Notes: generated from the sequence alone by a model not told the origin. 63,183 nt of DNA, filler included, from Globobulimina sp. (GCA_003354225.1; 41 parts of 41 records of this genome joined end to end with filler, not necessarily neighbours in it); one strand, 5' to 3'; shown: positions 1 to 12,257, counted from the first letter of the whole stretch. Translations and numbers: made by a program.

Positions 1-57
1 GCATCTAAAATCATCTACAAATCTTTTTTTTTACAGTAACTATTATTAAAACTCAAC

Positions 58-672
58 ATGTGGTGCAATGACTTGTGTAACGTTGTGTCGGACGTGGCAT
101 CACAACTTTATGATTACATAACTGATAAACGCTGGCACGATGTACTTGTTTTGACCGTTATGTACTTATTGGCCGCCTATGTAATTTTAGCTACATTCTC
201 GCTGTCTGCCGTGTCAAATTTAAGCACATTAGATTGCGATCCAGATTATTCATTCAAAACATATCAAATATCTGCGTTGGATTGGAACGATCGCCACATC
301 AAAAGCAATGGAATCAATGTTGCTCATTTCAAGCAGCAGCAAAAATATAATCGACCGATATTAATATGACAATGGTTTGCATTTCCAACAAAATTATCTC
401 GATCAGATTCAATATTCATATTGAAATATCAACAAAGTGCATGCAATGGCACTAATAATAATAAAAGCAATTCGTCTGTTAATTGTATTTTTGGTAATCC
501 CCGCTTTATTGAATCTGTTGGCCAACAGAATTCTGTATATTATACAACTATTGAGTCCATCAATAATATTGACATTAATTCACAACAGTTATCAGACATT
601 AATTCACTTTTTTGCTTGTTTGTATTGTTAACAGACAGAGTCACCATACACGTATATTTACTCTATCATTAA
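58..672 (+). pseudogene. Membrane-anchored hypothetical protein interrupted by one in-frame TGA
   Basis: ORFs 58-369 and 421-672 share a frame; only the TGA at 367-369 separates them (..NRPILI*QWFAFP..); hydrophobic segment near the N-terminus. Confidence 0.3.
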
Positions 673-1445
673 TACCAGAAACCCGCATTTCTCTGCCATT
701 TTCACGCAAAAACATTCCCCACATATACAGTTTTGATTGGTTACGATTCATTATAACAGATTTTAATCCCATTCCATTCTCAAATTCTAATTGATTTGGC
801 GATGTAATCCCTGAACTAACAATGATAAGAACGTGTAATGCATTGGGTAGGTTTACCAATCTTGTTACATATTTACATCCTTTCATATCAAAGTCCTTTG
901 CCATTGCAAGAGTCGCATTGCATGCCTTGAAATCAATAACTCCTTCAATTGGATTATTATAAATATCAACATACTTCAAAGCGAATGGCAGACCAAATGT
1001 TTCATCATCTAACCGCGTAAACTTATTATTAGCAATGGATAAAAATTCAATACCACCCTCAAATAAAAACTGTTGTAATGAATCTAAATTATTATCTTCT
1101 AAACCAACGCAAAAAAATACTGGGATTTCAAATGCATTGTCAGCAATTTCCAAATATTGTAACACCTCTTGATTTAAATACGTTTTCTTGTTTAATTTTA
1201 AAAACCCACTGCACCTTTGCCCTTTTATTATTTCTCTATTAATCATTGAACTGATCATGTTTGAATATGTTGTTTTTATTTGTTTTTCGAAATTCTGATC
1301 AAAATTTAATCTGTTTGCGGTGCGTGCAATTGTTCCATTTTCTTTTTCTTTTTCTTGGCTCATAAATGCATTTATTAATCTTCCATAATTCTCTGAGTGT
1401 ATTGGTATTGTATTATTTGCAGTTCCTAAATCTCTTCGTTTCAGT
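641..1445 (-). CDS. Hypothetical protein with leucine-rich-repeat-like segments (5' partial)
   Basis: IEFLSIANNKFTRL and LKYVDIYNNPIEG resemble LxxLxLxxN; the frame stays open upstream of 1363 to the contig end. Confidence 0.45.
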
Positions 1446-1545
1446 NNNNNNNNNNNNNNNNNNNNNNNNNNNNNNNNNNNNNNNNNNNNTTAATTAATTA
1501 ANNNNNNNNNNNNNNNNNNNNNNNNNNNNNNNNNNNNNNNNNNNN
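1446..1545. other. Artificial contig-concatenation spacer (first of 40, recurring every ~1543-1545 bp)
   Basis: 44 N + TTAATTAATTAA (stops in all six frames) + 44 N; flanking contigs decrease from 1445 to 1442 bp, i.e. length-sorted. Confidence 0.98.
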
Positions 1546-1725
1546 ATTAAAAAGAAAATTAAAAAAAAAAAAAAAAAAAAAAATAAAACAAATTTTTTTT
1601 TTTTTTTTGCTTGAATATAAATAATAATAAATATCTTCAAGAAAATCAAGTATTGACTTGGACTGAGTGGAAACGTTTTTCAGAACGGGAATTTTCTAGT
1701 CTGTTACTCCGCAATACGTACTTGC

Positions 1726-2990
1726 ATGGCTCAACAAAATGACTCTAACTTTGATCTGAATGGATCTAAAACAGATTCACGACAAAATAATCTGAAACAG
1801 ACTCAAACAAAACTAAAACGATCTAAAAAAGAAGAGAAAAAATGGAAAAAAAAAATGAAAGAAATTGGAAAAAATCATCCAGAATTTGAGTTATCGTATG
1901 ATTTATTATTAGGAATTAGAACCTCAACATCCACCGTAAACTCGTCAATAATGATATCATCGGTAAACACACAAACGAACAAAAAAATGGATAATAATGA
2001 TAGTTCAGACGATGATATGTCGTATGATGATGATGATGATGAGGATGAATATGAAATCTTTGAGAAAGAATTTAGAGATTCAAAACGATATTCGTTTCCA
2101 TCGTGCGGTTCATCGCGAACCCCACCTCATCATATGAACGATTTTGAATTTAAGGATTATTGTCGTCCAATTTTTGCCCAATTACGCGAATGGTTTGGTA
2201 TTAAACCACAAACATATTTGGTTAAATTATGCGGTAGTTTCAATTTATTAGAGTTTATATCAAATAGTAAATCTGGACAATTCTTTTTTTATTCACACGA
2301 TGGACAATTTTTAATCAAATCCATGACTCGAAGCGAATGCAAATTAATGAGGAAAATATTGCCGCCGTATTATTATTATGTGAAAAATCAACCAAATACA
2401 TTATTGACAAAGTTTTATGGAATGTACAGAGTAAAAACACATAATAGACAGCCAATATATTTTATTGTTATGGGGAGCGTATTTTATACGGACTTAGACA
2501 TTCACAGAATTTATGATTTGAAGGGCTCAACGCATGGAAGGCGAGCAACAGACAAAGAGAAAAAACAAGAAACGCCGGTATTAAAAGACTTAGATTTCAT
2601 ACAAAATAATGAGATATTACAAATTGGACACATTAAAGCAAAGTTATTTTGTGAACAGTTGCGAAGAGACACACAGTTACTGCGAAAATTAAAGATTATG
2701 GATTACTCCTTATTGGTAGGCATGCATTATACGGATAGACCGCCACCGCCAATGGATGATATTCATGACAATCACGACAATCATGAGACTGCGGAAGAGG
2801 AAGAGGAGCACAGTCAGCATAGTCACAGCAGCATAGATGATGGAATAATAAAAGCACCAAAAATCAACGAATCGCATACTGACGAATCAAATGGCCCACA
2901 AATTGAATTCTCTCTCTCCCTCTCCCAACAACAAGAAGAAGAAGAAGACGAAAAAAGAGATATTATGCCTAATATTACTAGAATGCGTCC
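1726..2990 (+). CDS. Phosphatidylinositol-4-phosphate 5-kinase family protein (3' partial)
   Basis: FEFKDYC, SKSGQFFFYSHDGQFLIKSM, LLTKFYGMY, YDLKGSTHGR, LKDLDF and IMDYSLLVG motifs. Confidence 0.95.
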
Positions 2991-3090
2991 NNNNNNNNNN
3001 NNNNNNNNNNNNNNNNNNNNNNNNNNNNNNNNNNTTAATTAATTAANNNNNNNNNNNNNNNNNNNNNNNNNNNNNNNNNNNNNNNNNNNN

Positions 3091-3340
3091 TGATGATCAT
3101 GGTAAATTTACGTCCAACTTCATTGTAATGTGTTACATCGTGAGCGTCATCATTACCCATTACCCATATCATATGGCCTGAAGATAGGGCAGCATCCCAA
3201 TGATCGAGAGAAATACGTAAGTTGTTTAGCACTTCCATGATCCGGTAATTGGTCAGGTATTTCATCTCTTCCACTGAATATCCGTGACGCAATAATGGAT
3301 GAGCCACAACAACAATTTCACAATCCTTGCTCAATTGATC
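3091..3340 (-). CDS. Fragment of a bacterial-type PHP-domain (metal-dependent phosphoesterase-like) protein
   Basis: VVAHP...MEVLN...HWDAALSSG..WVMGNDDAH motif string typical of bacterial PHP-like proteins; fused to eukaryotic sequence at ~3331-3343. Confidence 0.6.
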
Positions 3341-4159
3341 AATAATCCATTGTAAACCAATCCGGTTAGACCTTGCTTCATGTCGTAAAGTGTCATATTG
3401 ATACCATCTGCTGATTGATTTAAGTTATTATGGACAGCAATCATTACATTATTATATGTCGAATTTATTAATGCCATATACTGCTCATATTGGTTGGTAT
3501 TGCCGCTCAAATGTTCAATCCATGCCTTTAATGTCCAAACGCCAACATGCGAGCTCATGTACGCAGAGTAATATTGCTGTTGAGGTAGAATATCGATGGC
3601 GTGGTCGATATATTGTTGCGCTATGGTTAAGAGAGTGTGGTTGTTGCTGTAACGGAATAGTCGCAAAAATATTTGCGAGCGTCCAGCAGAACCTCCATAA
3701 ATATCGAATCCGTCTGATGTTTTTGTTGGAGGATAATTGTCATTCCACCAATTTGTATAATACTCAATCAAGGAAATCATGGATTGCTTTTCAGACTCAT
3801 TGAATGTTATATTATATCCTTGGCTGTAATCTGCAGCAATATTGGTAAAACATGGTGGGCTGAAAACAGAATGGACCATTTCCTGTGCTGCCAATATAAC
3901 AATTTTATATGACATACCAAGGCGGGCCAATGGTCATAGGACATTGAGGCGGTTCTGAAATGTATTGAATCATGCAATTTATGGTTATATTCAATGAATA
4001 ATTATCGGTACCTGTGGCATTGACAAATTTACATTGATCGTCTGGTGGTGGTTGTACATCGAAATTATTGTGTAAATGATGGTAATCACAGGCACCACAC
4101 ATCCATAGCGTTGCACCAAAAACCAAACCAACTGAGATGAGTGTTAATATTGGAGACAT
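3331..4159 (-). CDS. LanC-like (LANCL) protein, N-terminal part, with predicted signal peptide; truncated at a chimeric junction
   Basis: Exon 1 MSPILTLISVGLVFGATLWMCGAC..; ~58-nt GTATGT..TTTTCAG intron; exon 2 CFTNIAADY, DIYGGSAGRSQIFLRL and YDMKQGLTG resemble LANCL N-terminal and alpha/alpha-barrel GxxG loops. Confidence 0.6.
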
Positions 4160-4744
4160 TGTGCGGTTCACAAGAGTTTTTGGTTGTTTTTATCTTTTAT
4201 TTGAATCGAAACACAAAACTGACGATCTCCGAGGCTGAGCAACAAGCCTGAACTAGGTATACGTGCTTCAGAAAAAGCGTATAGTACAAAGCACGAATGT
4301 CTTTGATTTTTTTACAAAACTCTATGATTCTGAAAGTCGTGTTTCACAACGAAACTACATTTTTTTTTTAAAAGAGCATCCGGTTTTCAGCGTCAGATTT
4401 TTATTGGGGTAAGGTAGATGCAAACCGTTTCTGGTGACAGATTTGTATATTGATTCAAATTGCGGCAACTCGCAAAATGGGCGCAAATTTTTAATATTTT
4501 CCACTTGTTTTTTTTTTTACTAACAATGAGTTGCCNNNNNNNNNNNNNNNNNNNNNNNNNNNNNNNNNNNNNNNNNNNNTTAATTAATTAANNNNNNNNN
4601 NNNNNNNNNNNNNNNNNNNNNNNNNNNNNNNNNNNTGTAGTTTCCTGGATGGTATACAAACATGTTCAGATATATGACAAAACAAAACGTTGAATGTATA
4701 TTTGTTTTTTAGGGAATATTATAAAAGAGAAAATATGACAATAT

Positions 4745-5749
4745 TTAAATAAAGACTTGAAATTCTGAAATCAAAAAAATATCATTTATGTCAGTTTTGT
4801 TATTTAATGTCCATTCAATGTCTTTTACAGCTTTATTCATATCATATTCAATTACAACATCACATAATTTTTCATGTTTGTTGGCTTCAAAACAATTTGG
4901 AAAATGATAGATTTTCCCAAAATTATGATACAAAATAGGCACTGTCTTTGTTGGGGATTGCAATAAACATTGAATAAAAGAAGAACCTGCGCTGTTTGTA
5001 ATTGTTACAATTTGGCCCAATGCTTTTACAAAATAACAGGATAAAATAAAACCTCCTTTCGTCCGCATAATAATCAATGAATTTGTCAAATGATTGCATT
5101 TTGAAGCAAACATTTTCGAATCAAATGCATCATTTTCCTCCGACTCATATGTGTCATAAATCCGTTGAAAATAAAATTGTGGAAAATCTTTTTTTTTTAA
5201 TTCCGAATTCAATACATATTGAATCGTATTCATTTGATTAACATCTAAAATATTTGAGTTCATAATCATATGGCCATAAAATTGTAAACAAAGCATTTTT
5301 AAATAATAAGGAAAGATGAAATCGGAGATATCTTCAATTTGTTCGCGAACATAACCAAATGTTAAACATTCTAATATTTCTTTGGGATTTAATTTCTTTG
5401 AAATTGTTTTCTTGAAAGATATCTCATGATCGATCTCAGCCTCATTGTATTTCTTAATCACAGTTTTTATTGTTTTTGTAACAAATTCCATCTTTTCATG
5501 AAGAAAGGATTGCGTCTTTTCAGCTGCTTCGCAAAGTTCATCAATTCTCTTTTGTTGTGATTTGCATTCAGCTACTTTTGCTTTGGAGGTCTTGTTTTCT
5601 GTTTTGTTTTCCTCTGCACTCTCCATTATGGCCTCCACGTGATCTCTGGCTATTTGTGCGGAATTATGTATAATCGAACTGGACACGGAATTTAAATTTA
5701 ATATCATCAATGATAACGGCAATATCTCTGCAGCCATTTCGACAATCAC
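4745..5749 (-). CDS. Coiled-coil + TLDc-like domain protein
   Basis: RIYD....DAFDSKMFASKCNHLTNSLIIMRTKGGFILSCY and terminal ISEFQVF resemble TLDc. Confidence 0.6.
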   Translation of the reverse strand: MIVEMAAEILPLSLMILNLNSVSSSIIHNSAQIARDHVEAIMESAEENKTENKTSKAKVAECKSQQKRIDELCEAAEKTQSFLHEKMEFVTKTIKTVIKKYNEAEIDHEISFKKTISKKLNPKEILECLTFGYVREQIEDISDFIFPYYLKMLCLQFYGHMIMNSNILDVNQMNTIQYVLNSELKKKDFPQFYFQRIYDTYESEENDAFDSKMFASKCNHLTNSLIIMRTKGGFILSCYFVKALGQIVTITNSAGSSFIQCLLQSPTKTVPILYHNFGKIYHFPNCFEANKHEKLCDVVIEYDMNKAVKDIEWTLNNKTDINDIFLISEFQVFI

Positions 5750-5823
5750 AAGAGCAACTTTATGTTTTAAAGAAGGAAAATGTTACCAACTACTAGTTTA
5801 TTTAAAAAAAACTTTGTTCGATC

Positions 5824-6080
5824 ATGCTCTCAAAGTTGCAGTCTGACAACAAGATAATTGTTGACATATTCATTCAACAAACTAATCTTACAATACCTCC
5901 TGGCATCAAACAATTATGCCTCAAATTTTACAATCAATGTTTAAGATTTACATTCAAAGGGAAACAACTCGATGAGTTCCTATCGCCATCAGACGATGAA
6001 CCTGTACATGAATGGATTGCCCCGGAATTTACAATCCATGGCATTATTTTCCAATGTTCGTTGCGTGTAAAAATAGGTAG
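5824..6080 (+). CDS. Hypothetical protein (3' partial)
   Basis: Open frame to the contig end; IVDIFI..IPPGIKQLCLKFY resembles the LTFGYVR..FPYYLKMLCLQFY motif in 4745-5749. Confidence 0.4.
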
Positions 6081-6273
6081 NNNNNNNNNNNNNNNNNNNN
6101 NNNNNNNNNNNNNNNNNNNNNNNNTTAATTAATTAANNNNNNNNNNNNNNNNNNNNNNNNNNNNNNNNNNNNNNNNNNNNATGAGGGGAAATGTGTATGA
6201 TAAAAAAGTAAAAAAGAAAAGAGAACTAATTATAAATTGGAGATAATTGAATCTATTTATCCTCCGCTTCAAC

Positions 6274-7625
6274 CTAAAAATCCGCAGTGATTTTTGAGAA
6301 TCCATTGCCGTTATTACTGTTGCCACCATTATTTCTGCCTTTAGCTGGAGTTGGGACTGTTGCCGTAATGGTATATCGGATTTCCTTCATTAATAATGGC
6401 CCCGAAACAAACGAATATCTCTTTGCCAAGAACGCATCCAATTTGTCCTGAATGATAACTGCTTTGCCGGCAACATCCACATTCAATGCATCCGATTTCT
6501 CCTCTTTCATTTCCACCAAATCATGGAAGAATAAATCATCCAATGTCAAATTCCCAATCATTTGTCGGACTTTTTTGATCAGGCGCCAATCCATGATCTG
6601 TTTATTCGGTAAGGAATAAGGTTTGCCGCCGAATAACTTATTCATAACGACGTTGTGCTCAAACATGATTTTGCTTGAATGCGCAGGGGAGCCAGAGGTA
6701 AATGTCAGAGCTTGCGAACCATCTCTGGGGTCTCTCTCGCGCTCAATATACGGTAAGCATTTGTCATGCTTTGTGGTGTAAGTATGATGGCAGCGTTTGC
6801 AGTATTTGAGGGTATGAAACGTCCTCAAAATCGCTTTCTGACCGATGGATAAATTCTTATTGGTCGCATCCGTGATTCTCGCCTGGATTTTCTTCTTTTC
6901 CTCGAACACTGCGCATTTCATTCCGCCACAAATTGGACTCACTCGCCGGCACCAACCGCAAAAACCTAAAATGGATTTGAGGACAAAATGTATGTTGGAT
7001 GGCGATGCTTCAGTGATAGTAATAATTCCCGCAGCCGTATTCATTCTGTTGCAATGGGTCAATATTTGGATTTCATGCATGAAACCAACCGAATCCTCCG
7101 GGTCTACGCCAAGAAGGATGACTTTGTTCGCACCGCGGATGGTGGCGAGACGGACATGTGGGTCGCAATCACCTTTGTTAGGATCCATGTAGCGATCCAA
7201 TGCAACATCATCCATTGTTATGAATAATGTTTTGCACAATTTCTCAATCTTATTCTCAAAATCAAAGGGGAAAGAAGTGACCGGATGGGAGAAATGAGGG
7301 TCTCTTAACATTTGGTCGAAGGTATAACTCCAAACCGCAGCATCGTTGACTAATTTCGGTGTAACAACCGATTCGCTCATATTTAAGGTGAAGGCTTCAT
7401 CATTGAGAGGAGGAATGCGTAGCAATGCCAGGAGGCCATTTAACTGGATATCAGTGTAAAAATCACCATTATAATTACGGATAATGCACGCCGCGCCATA
7501 GATGGTATTCTGCAATTTATTATTATAGCCGGTGGCAATTTGCTTTCTTAACATGAGGTCGGGGACATTTCTAATTGGTTTCAGGCTGCCCGGCTTTGAT
7601 TGCAACTGAACTCTGGTATCCATCC
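6274..7625 (-). CDS. Intronless zinc-knuckle-like protein, possible retroelement ORF1/Gag (5' partial)
   Basis: 449-aa ORF with CGWC......C....C and CKRC.......H..C motifs; a homologous degenerate copy lies at 32515-32871. Confidence 0.5.
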
Positions 7626-7725
7626 NNNNNNNNNNNNNNNNNNNNNNNNNNNNNNNNNNNNNNNNNNNNTTAATTAATTAANNNNNNNNNNNNNNNNNNN
7701 NNNNNNNNNNNNNNNNNNNNNNNNN

Positions 7726-8417
7726 AACCGACACCGTATGGTTGCTCGAAATAAACTATATTCACCTCTGTGATTTGTATAGTTTTGTACAGATAATCTG
7801 TAATTTTGTAGGTGTTTTTGGTGTATAAATGCATACCGTTGTTCCAGGAATATTCATTGATTGATAATTGATTGTCATTGATGGACCAGAATGGACCATG
7901 TTCGGTAAGTAAACCGCATAAACCACTGCAACCCGGTCCGCCTAACGTTGTTTCATATATGTTTTTTTTTTGTGCAAGGATATGAGGAATGTTCTATACC
8001 ATTGGTCCAAAAGAATAACGGTGCATTTTGAGGATCACTCTGTGCTTCAAAAAACCAGTAATGAATCTGTCTGCCTTCTAACGCATCGACATAGCCAGAA
8101 TAATGAGCGAAATCAAGCGTATCTGAGTCGAGACCGGGTAGTGATGAAACTAAATCGGATAAGGCTTCAACTGATAGCTTTTTTTGGTCTAATGAATGTA
8201 ATGATGAATAGGTACGTTCTGTGTTTATAAATGGATGAGATGCGGTCGATAAAATCGGGTTACCGTTGTTCCAAAATGGATATATTAATGCTGTTACACA
8301 TAACACTAAAACTGTGAATAATGCGACTGGATGGCAGATTGAAGCACATTTGCGTAATGAATTCCAATTGTCTTTGCTGTTTGAGCTATCTAATAGTGGA
8401 CTAAGCGAATCTGCCAT
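7726..8417 (-). CDS. Serine carboxypeptidase (peptidase S10), 3' partial, multi-exon
   Basis: [35 protein letters not shown] | intron 7942-7999 | [23 protein letters not shown] | intron | [13 protein letters not shown]. Confidence 0.95.
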
Positions 8418-8889
8418 GCTTATATCACAAAAAGTCGTTCACAGACACTTCAACGATATATTTATTCGTTAACCCCCAGGGAGATAAGTTGTATACGTTT
8501 TTTAATGCATATATTTGATGATGGAATTGTGGACATTTGTTACCGCAATTATTATTTCGTTTGCAGTATAACTTTTGAATTTAAGATTATCACAAAAAAA
8601 AAAACAACTCACTTCGATTCTTTCCTTCCTTTCGCTTCTCATCATGTCTCTCCTGCGACGGTTCCCTCGTCTGTACGTACATCACCAACAATTGTGTATC
8701 CAGCCAATATCAAAATTATGATTTATACAAAATAGCCTGACCCATCGCCACCGCAACAACCCACACCATCATCAACAACACTTTTATGGAATCTCCAATG
8801 ATCCCGCTAAGGTGCAATATTTACGGTTTGTGTTATAAATTTTCAATATTTTTCACTGACTAATACAAATATACAATTCCCAAACATAG

Positions 8890-9169
8890 GTAAATAAACT
8901 ATTAAATGCGGGTTCCTCAGTTATCCGAAACTTTGCCATTATCGCTCATATCGACCATGGCAAATCCACATTATCTGACAAATTACTCCAACTCTGCGGC
9001 AATATCAAGCACAACGTGTCCATCAGCGGCGAGAACGCACAATCTTTGGATACCTTATCCGTAGAACGAGAGCGTGGCATTACAGTCAAAGCGCAGGGCG
9101 CCTCTCTATTTTATGAGTACAACAACAACGGCTATCTATTAAACCTAATCGACACTCCCGGCCATGTCG
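8890..9169 (+). CDS. GUF1: Translation factor GUF1/LepA (EF-4), organellar, partial
   Basis: [48 protein letters not shown]; preceded by an intron acceptor. Confidence 0.9.
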
Positions 9170-9269
9170 NNNNNNNNNNNNNNNNNNNNNNNNNNNNNNN
9201 NNNNNNNNNNNNNTTAATTAATTAANNNNNNNNNNNNNNNNNNNNNNNNNNNNNNNNNNNNNNNNNNNN

Positions 9270-9674
9270 ATGATTTCATCAATTTTATTTCATTTGATTG
9301 AAACCGATGAAGTTACATCATCATCACCATTCTATAGAGCTGTTTTAAAGGGAATCTTCAACGAGAAAGTGAGTTATGGATACATTGTGTTATTATTTGA
9401 TAGAATATTTGCCGTTTTGGCAGGATTGAGTGCGTTGTTATTTGTAAGGGAGACTGGTCAGTTGCATAGGAATACAAATAAAACAAATGAAGCAAAGTTA
9501 AATTGGACAAAATTGATCCTTTATTCATGCATTGCATTGTGTGTTACAATATGTTCCGAGCTAAGCACATCGGAATGGCTCTATGTTATATCACACTCGC
9601 TATGGCATGTTATGGCTTATCACATTGCGTATTGCATTTTTAACCCACAAAATTCGTTATTATACGAACAATGA
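9270..9674 (+). CDS. Multi-pass membrane protein, CREST superfamily-like (5' partial)
   Basis: SSILFH, D and HSLWH motifs within hydrophobic helices. Confidence 0.55.
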   Translation: MISSILFHLIETDEVTSSSPFYRAVLKGIFNEKVSYGYIVLLFDRIFAVLAGLSALLFVRETGQLHRNTNKTNEAKLNWTKLILYSCIALCVTICSELSTSEWLYVISHSLWHVMAYHIAYCIFNPQNSLLYEQ

Positions 9675-9822
9675 ATAACATGCAGCTCATCAATAACTGA
9701 ATAATCTGAATTTTGATTTCGTTCAAAACGGAATTACACAGTGCGAGGATAGTAGAAGCAAAAAAGTCACGTTTAGCTCGATTGAAATCACACGAAAAAC
9801 CACTAACAAATTATTTGCTCAA

Positions 9823-10713
9823 ATGACAATACTTTCGTTTGGATGTAAAATAGCCACTGCATTTTTGACTGCATTATATATATCATTCGCCATTATGTGG
9901 TTTTTTTTCAGTTTCCGTTTTATTTGGAAAGATCTGAACCCAGTCAACCGAACCAATTTCAAATATGAACTGTCCCGTTCCGAATACAACCTGGGGTCGA
10001 AAGGAAAATGGAGATCTTACGCATCATACGCCGTAATTCCGTACTTTTACAGTTATGTGAATTCACAACGAATGCCATTAATGAACAAACAAACAAACAA
10101 ACCGCAAAACACGTACAGTAAAACCAGGCGTTCTACACACTGCGGACCTCATCACTGTCACATCCATCTGTGATATAGATCTATTGTACGAAGCTGAAAA
10201 GATCGCATCTAACTACAAAATAGGTCCACTGTCATTTGTCGTCTACATTGATGAAGATTACCTGCAATTAAACACCACCAATCTATACCACATTATCCAG
10301 CAACGCTTTTCCAGCATATCCACTCTCTACGACATAACTGTCGGCCTTGTGGCAGTCAACACAACTTCGCCATTTTACATATCCACATTCAAGGCACGTC
10401 ATTTCGACGCAGACACTCCAATGATGTTCAAAGTGCCCACCAATGTCTTGCGCAATTTGGCTGAATATCAGGTGAACACCAATTGGATACTCAACATTGA
10501 CATCGATTTCTGGTTCATATCCAACACATTGACTGATAAACATAACATCCTCTCTGTGCTGCAGGGCCTCAATACAATGATATCTCCGGATCAGTATGGC
10601 ATAAAAACGGTTTTTGTGGTGCCCGCGTTTGAAATATTAAGCAGCGCGACGGCGACCGATAGATTTGAATACAATTCGTTAACCAAACCACAATTGACTG
10701 ACTTGGTATTTTT
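9823..10713 (+). CDS. Type II membrane glycosyltransferase, GT49 (LARGE/B4GAT1-like), 3' partial, probably intron-containing
   Basis: N-terminal TM anchor; PTNVLRNLA..WILNIDIDF (DxD) and VFVVPAFE motifs. Confidence 0.8.
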
Positions 10714-10983
10714 NNNNNNNNNNNNNNNNNNNNNNNNNNNNNNNNNNNNNNNNNNNNTTAATTAATTAANNNNNNNNNNNNNNNNNNNNNNNNNNNNNNN
10801 NNNNNNNNNNNNNTTCCATTACAGTAAGATTAAAATGCAATAATGCGACATAAAAAACTGTAACCACAAAAGAACAATGCTACATTCAGAAGCAGGAATT
10901 GTATTGACAGTGTTGATGGGTGCATCAAAATTTAAACTTTTGCGTGAAACGAATAACTTTCTAACATTCTAGACCTACATCCA

Positions 10984-12257
10984 CTACATTAAGAATTTAT
11001 ACACAATTGATGGAATTGCAGACAATACACTGCAAATAATTGCTTTCAATGCCAAACGATCCAACCGAGCTCCGAATATATTCGGAACTACATCATGCAT
11101 TTCAATTATATTTATTGATTGAGTTATCACCATATTTACATGACTTATTTCTTGCGAATTCATTTCAATATCTTTTTCCGTTATAGTATCAGATGGAGAC
11201 GCAATTGCGACATTTTCTTTGGTTTCCTCATGATCATTTTTTTCCTCCACTTCCTCTTCCATTTCCATTAGTTTTGTTACTTTTTGTATATTTCGATTCA
11301 TTTTACATCCAAAACGATACCCCATTACAAGCTGTTGCTGAATTAAAAATCTCTTTTGCAATCTTTGAACTTTTTGAAATTTAATGCCAACACGAAATAA
11401 CTGACCAGAATGATACACAAATAATACAAATATGCAAATAGTGGATGGCAAATATATTGAATGATTGAAAAATATTTGAAAAATAATTAACCCAAACAAT
11501 GTAAAACACATTATTATAACACATAACATAATCAATTCTAACTCAACAAAAGCAGCTCTTATTTTGGTGGTTAAATATCCTCTTAACTCTAACCAACAAT
11601 ATATATTTGTAACATATGCAAAATCAATAAATGGTAATTGGTAATGTTTTGCATATTGTTGTTGTATCATATATGAAATATCGCATAAACAAGAAAAATA
11701 ACGAATCAATGATTCGGATAAAACACCATCGATTAACCAGGCTATAGACATCAGTAAAATAAATGATAAAATACAATGAATGCAAATAACTAATAATTCC
11801 AAATTGGAAATCGATATATTATACCATACAATTACTGCAATCGGGTGAGATATCGCAAAACAAATAGAGATTAATAATCTTATCCAAAGAGGCAAACCGA
11901 AAAATTGTTTGTTATATACCTCCATACGATGCGTATAAACGTCAGCAACAGCAAAAACTGATGAATATTGTTTATTTTTCCAAAAGAAATTTAAGTGTTG
12001 TAAATGATCCAACGCAGACAGGCTTGGTTCGACCTGGATTCTTAATGAAGCCCACATAGTAAATATTATCCATAGCGCATACGCTGAAGAGACGGAAAAA
12101 TATTGCTCGAATTTAAAAAGCGTATTAACATTGTAATATTTATTGGCCATAACTAGAAACCACATTGCTGTCCATATGACGCAGCATAAGATAAATAATA
12201 CAAATCTGTAACATGCATAATACTCAGACGAGTTGCTTAACAATGCATTTTTAATAT
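10984..12257 (-). CDS. Multi-pass membrane protein of unknown function (5' partial)
   Basis: 419-aa ORF with about 7 hydrophobic helices and an acidic cytoplasmic loop. Confidence 0.7.

Noticed and set aside
1446-1545. Regularly spaced TTAATTAATTAA as a biological repeat or array
   Set aside because: Always centred in exactly 44+44 N between length-sorted contigs: a concatenation linker. ORF ends reading X..LIN are artefacts of it.
5428-5435. GATCGATC as a Hi-C ligation junction explaining the chimeras
   Set aside because: I noticed only one occurrence, roughly what chance predicts at this length and composition, and it is in frame; the PFOR and DoeA junctions lack GATC.
6268-6284. G GAT TTT TAG slippery site for -1 frameshifting at the end of the ORF1-like gene
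   Set aside because: The -1 frame reaches TGA after two codons; the open downstream frame is +1 and has its own ATG.
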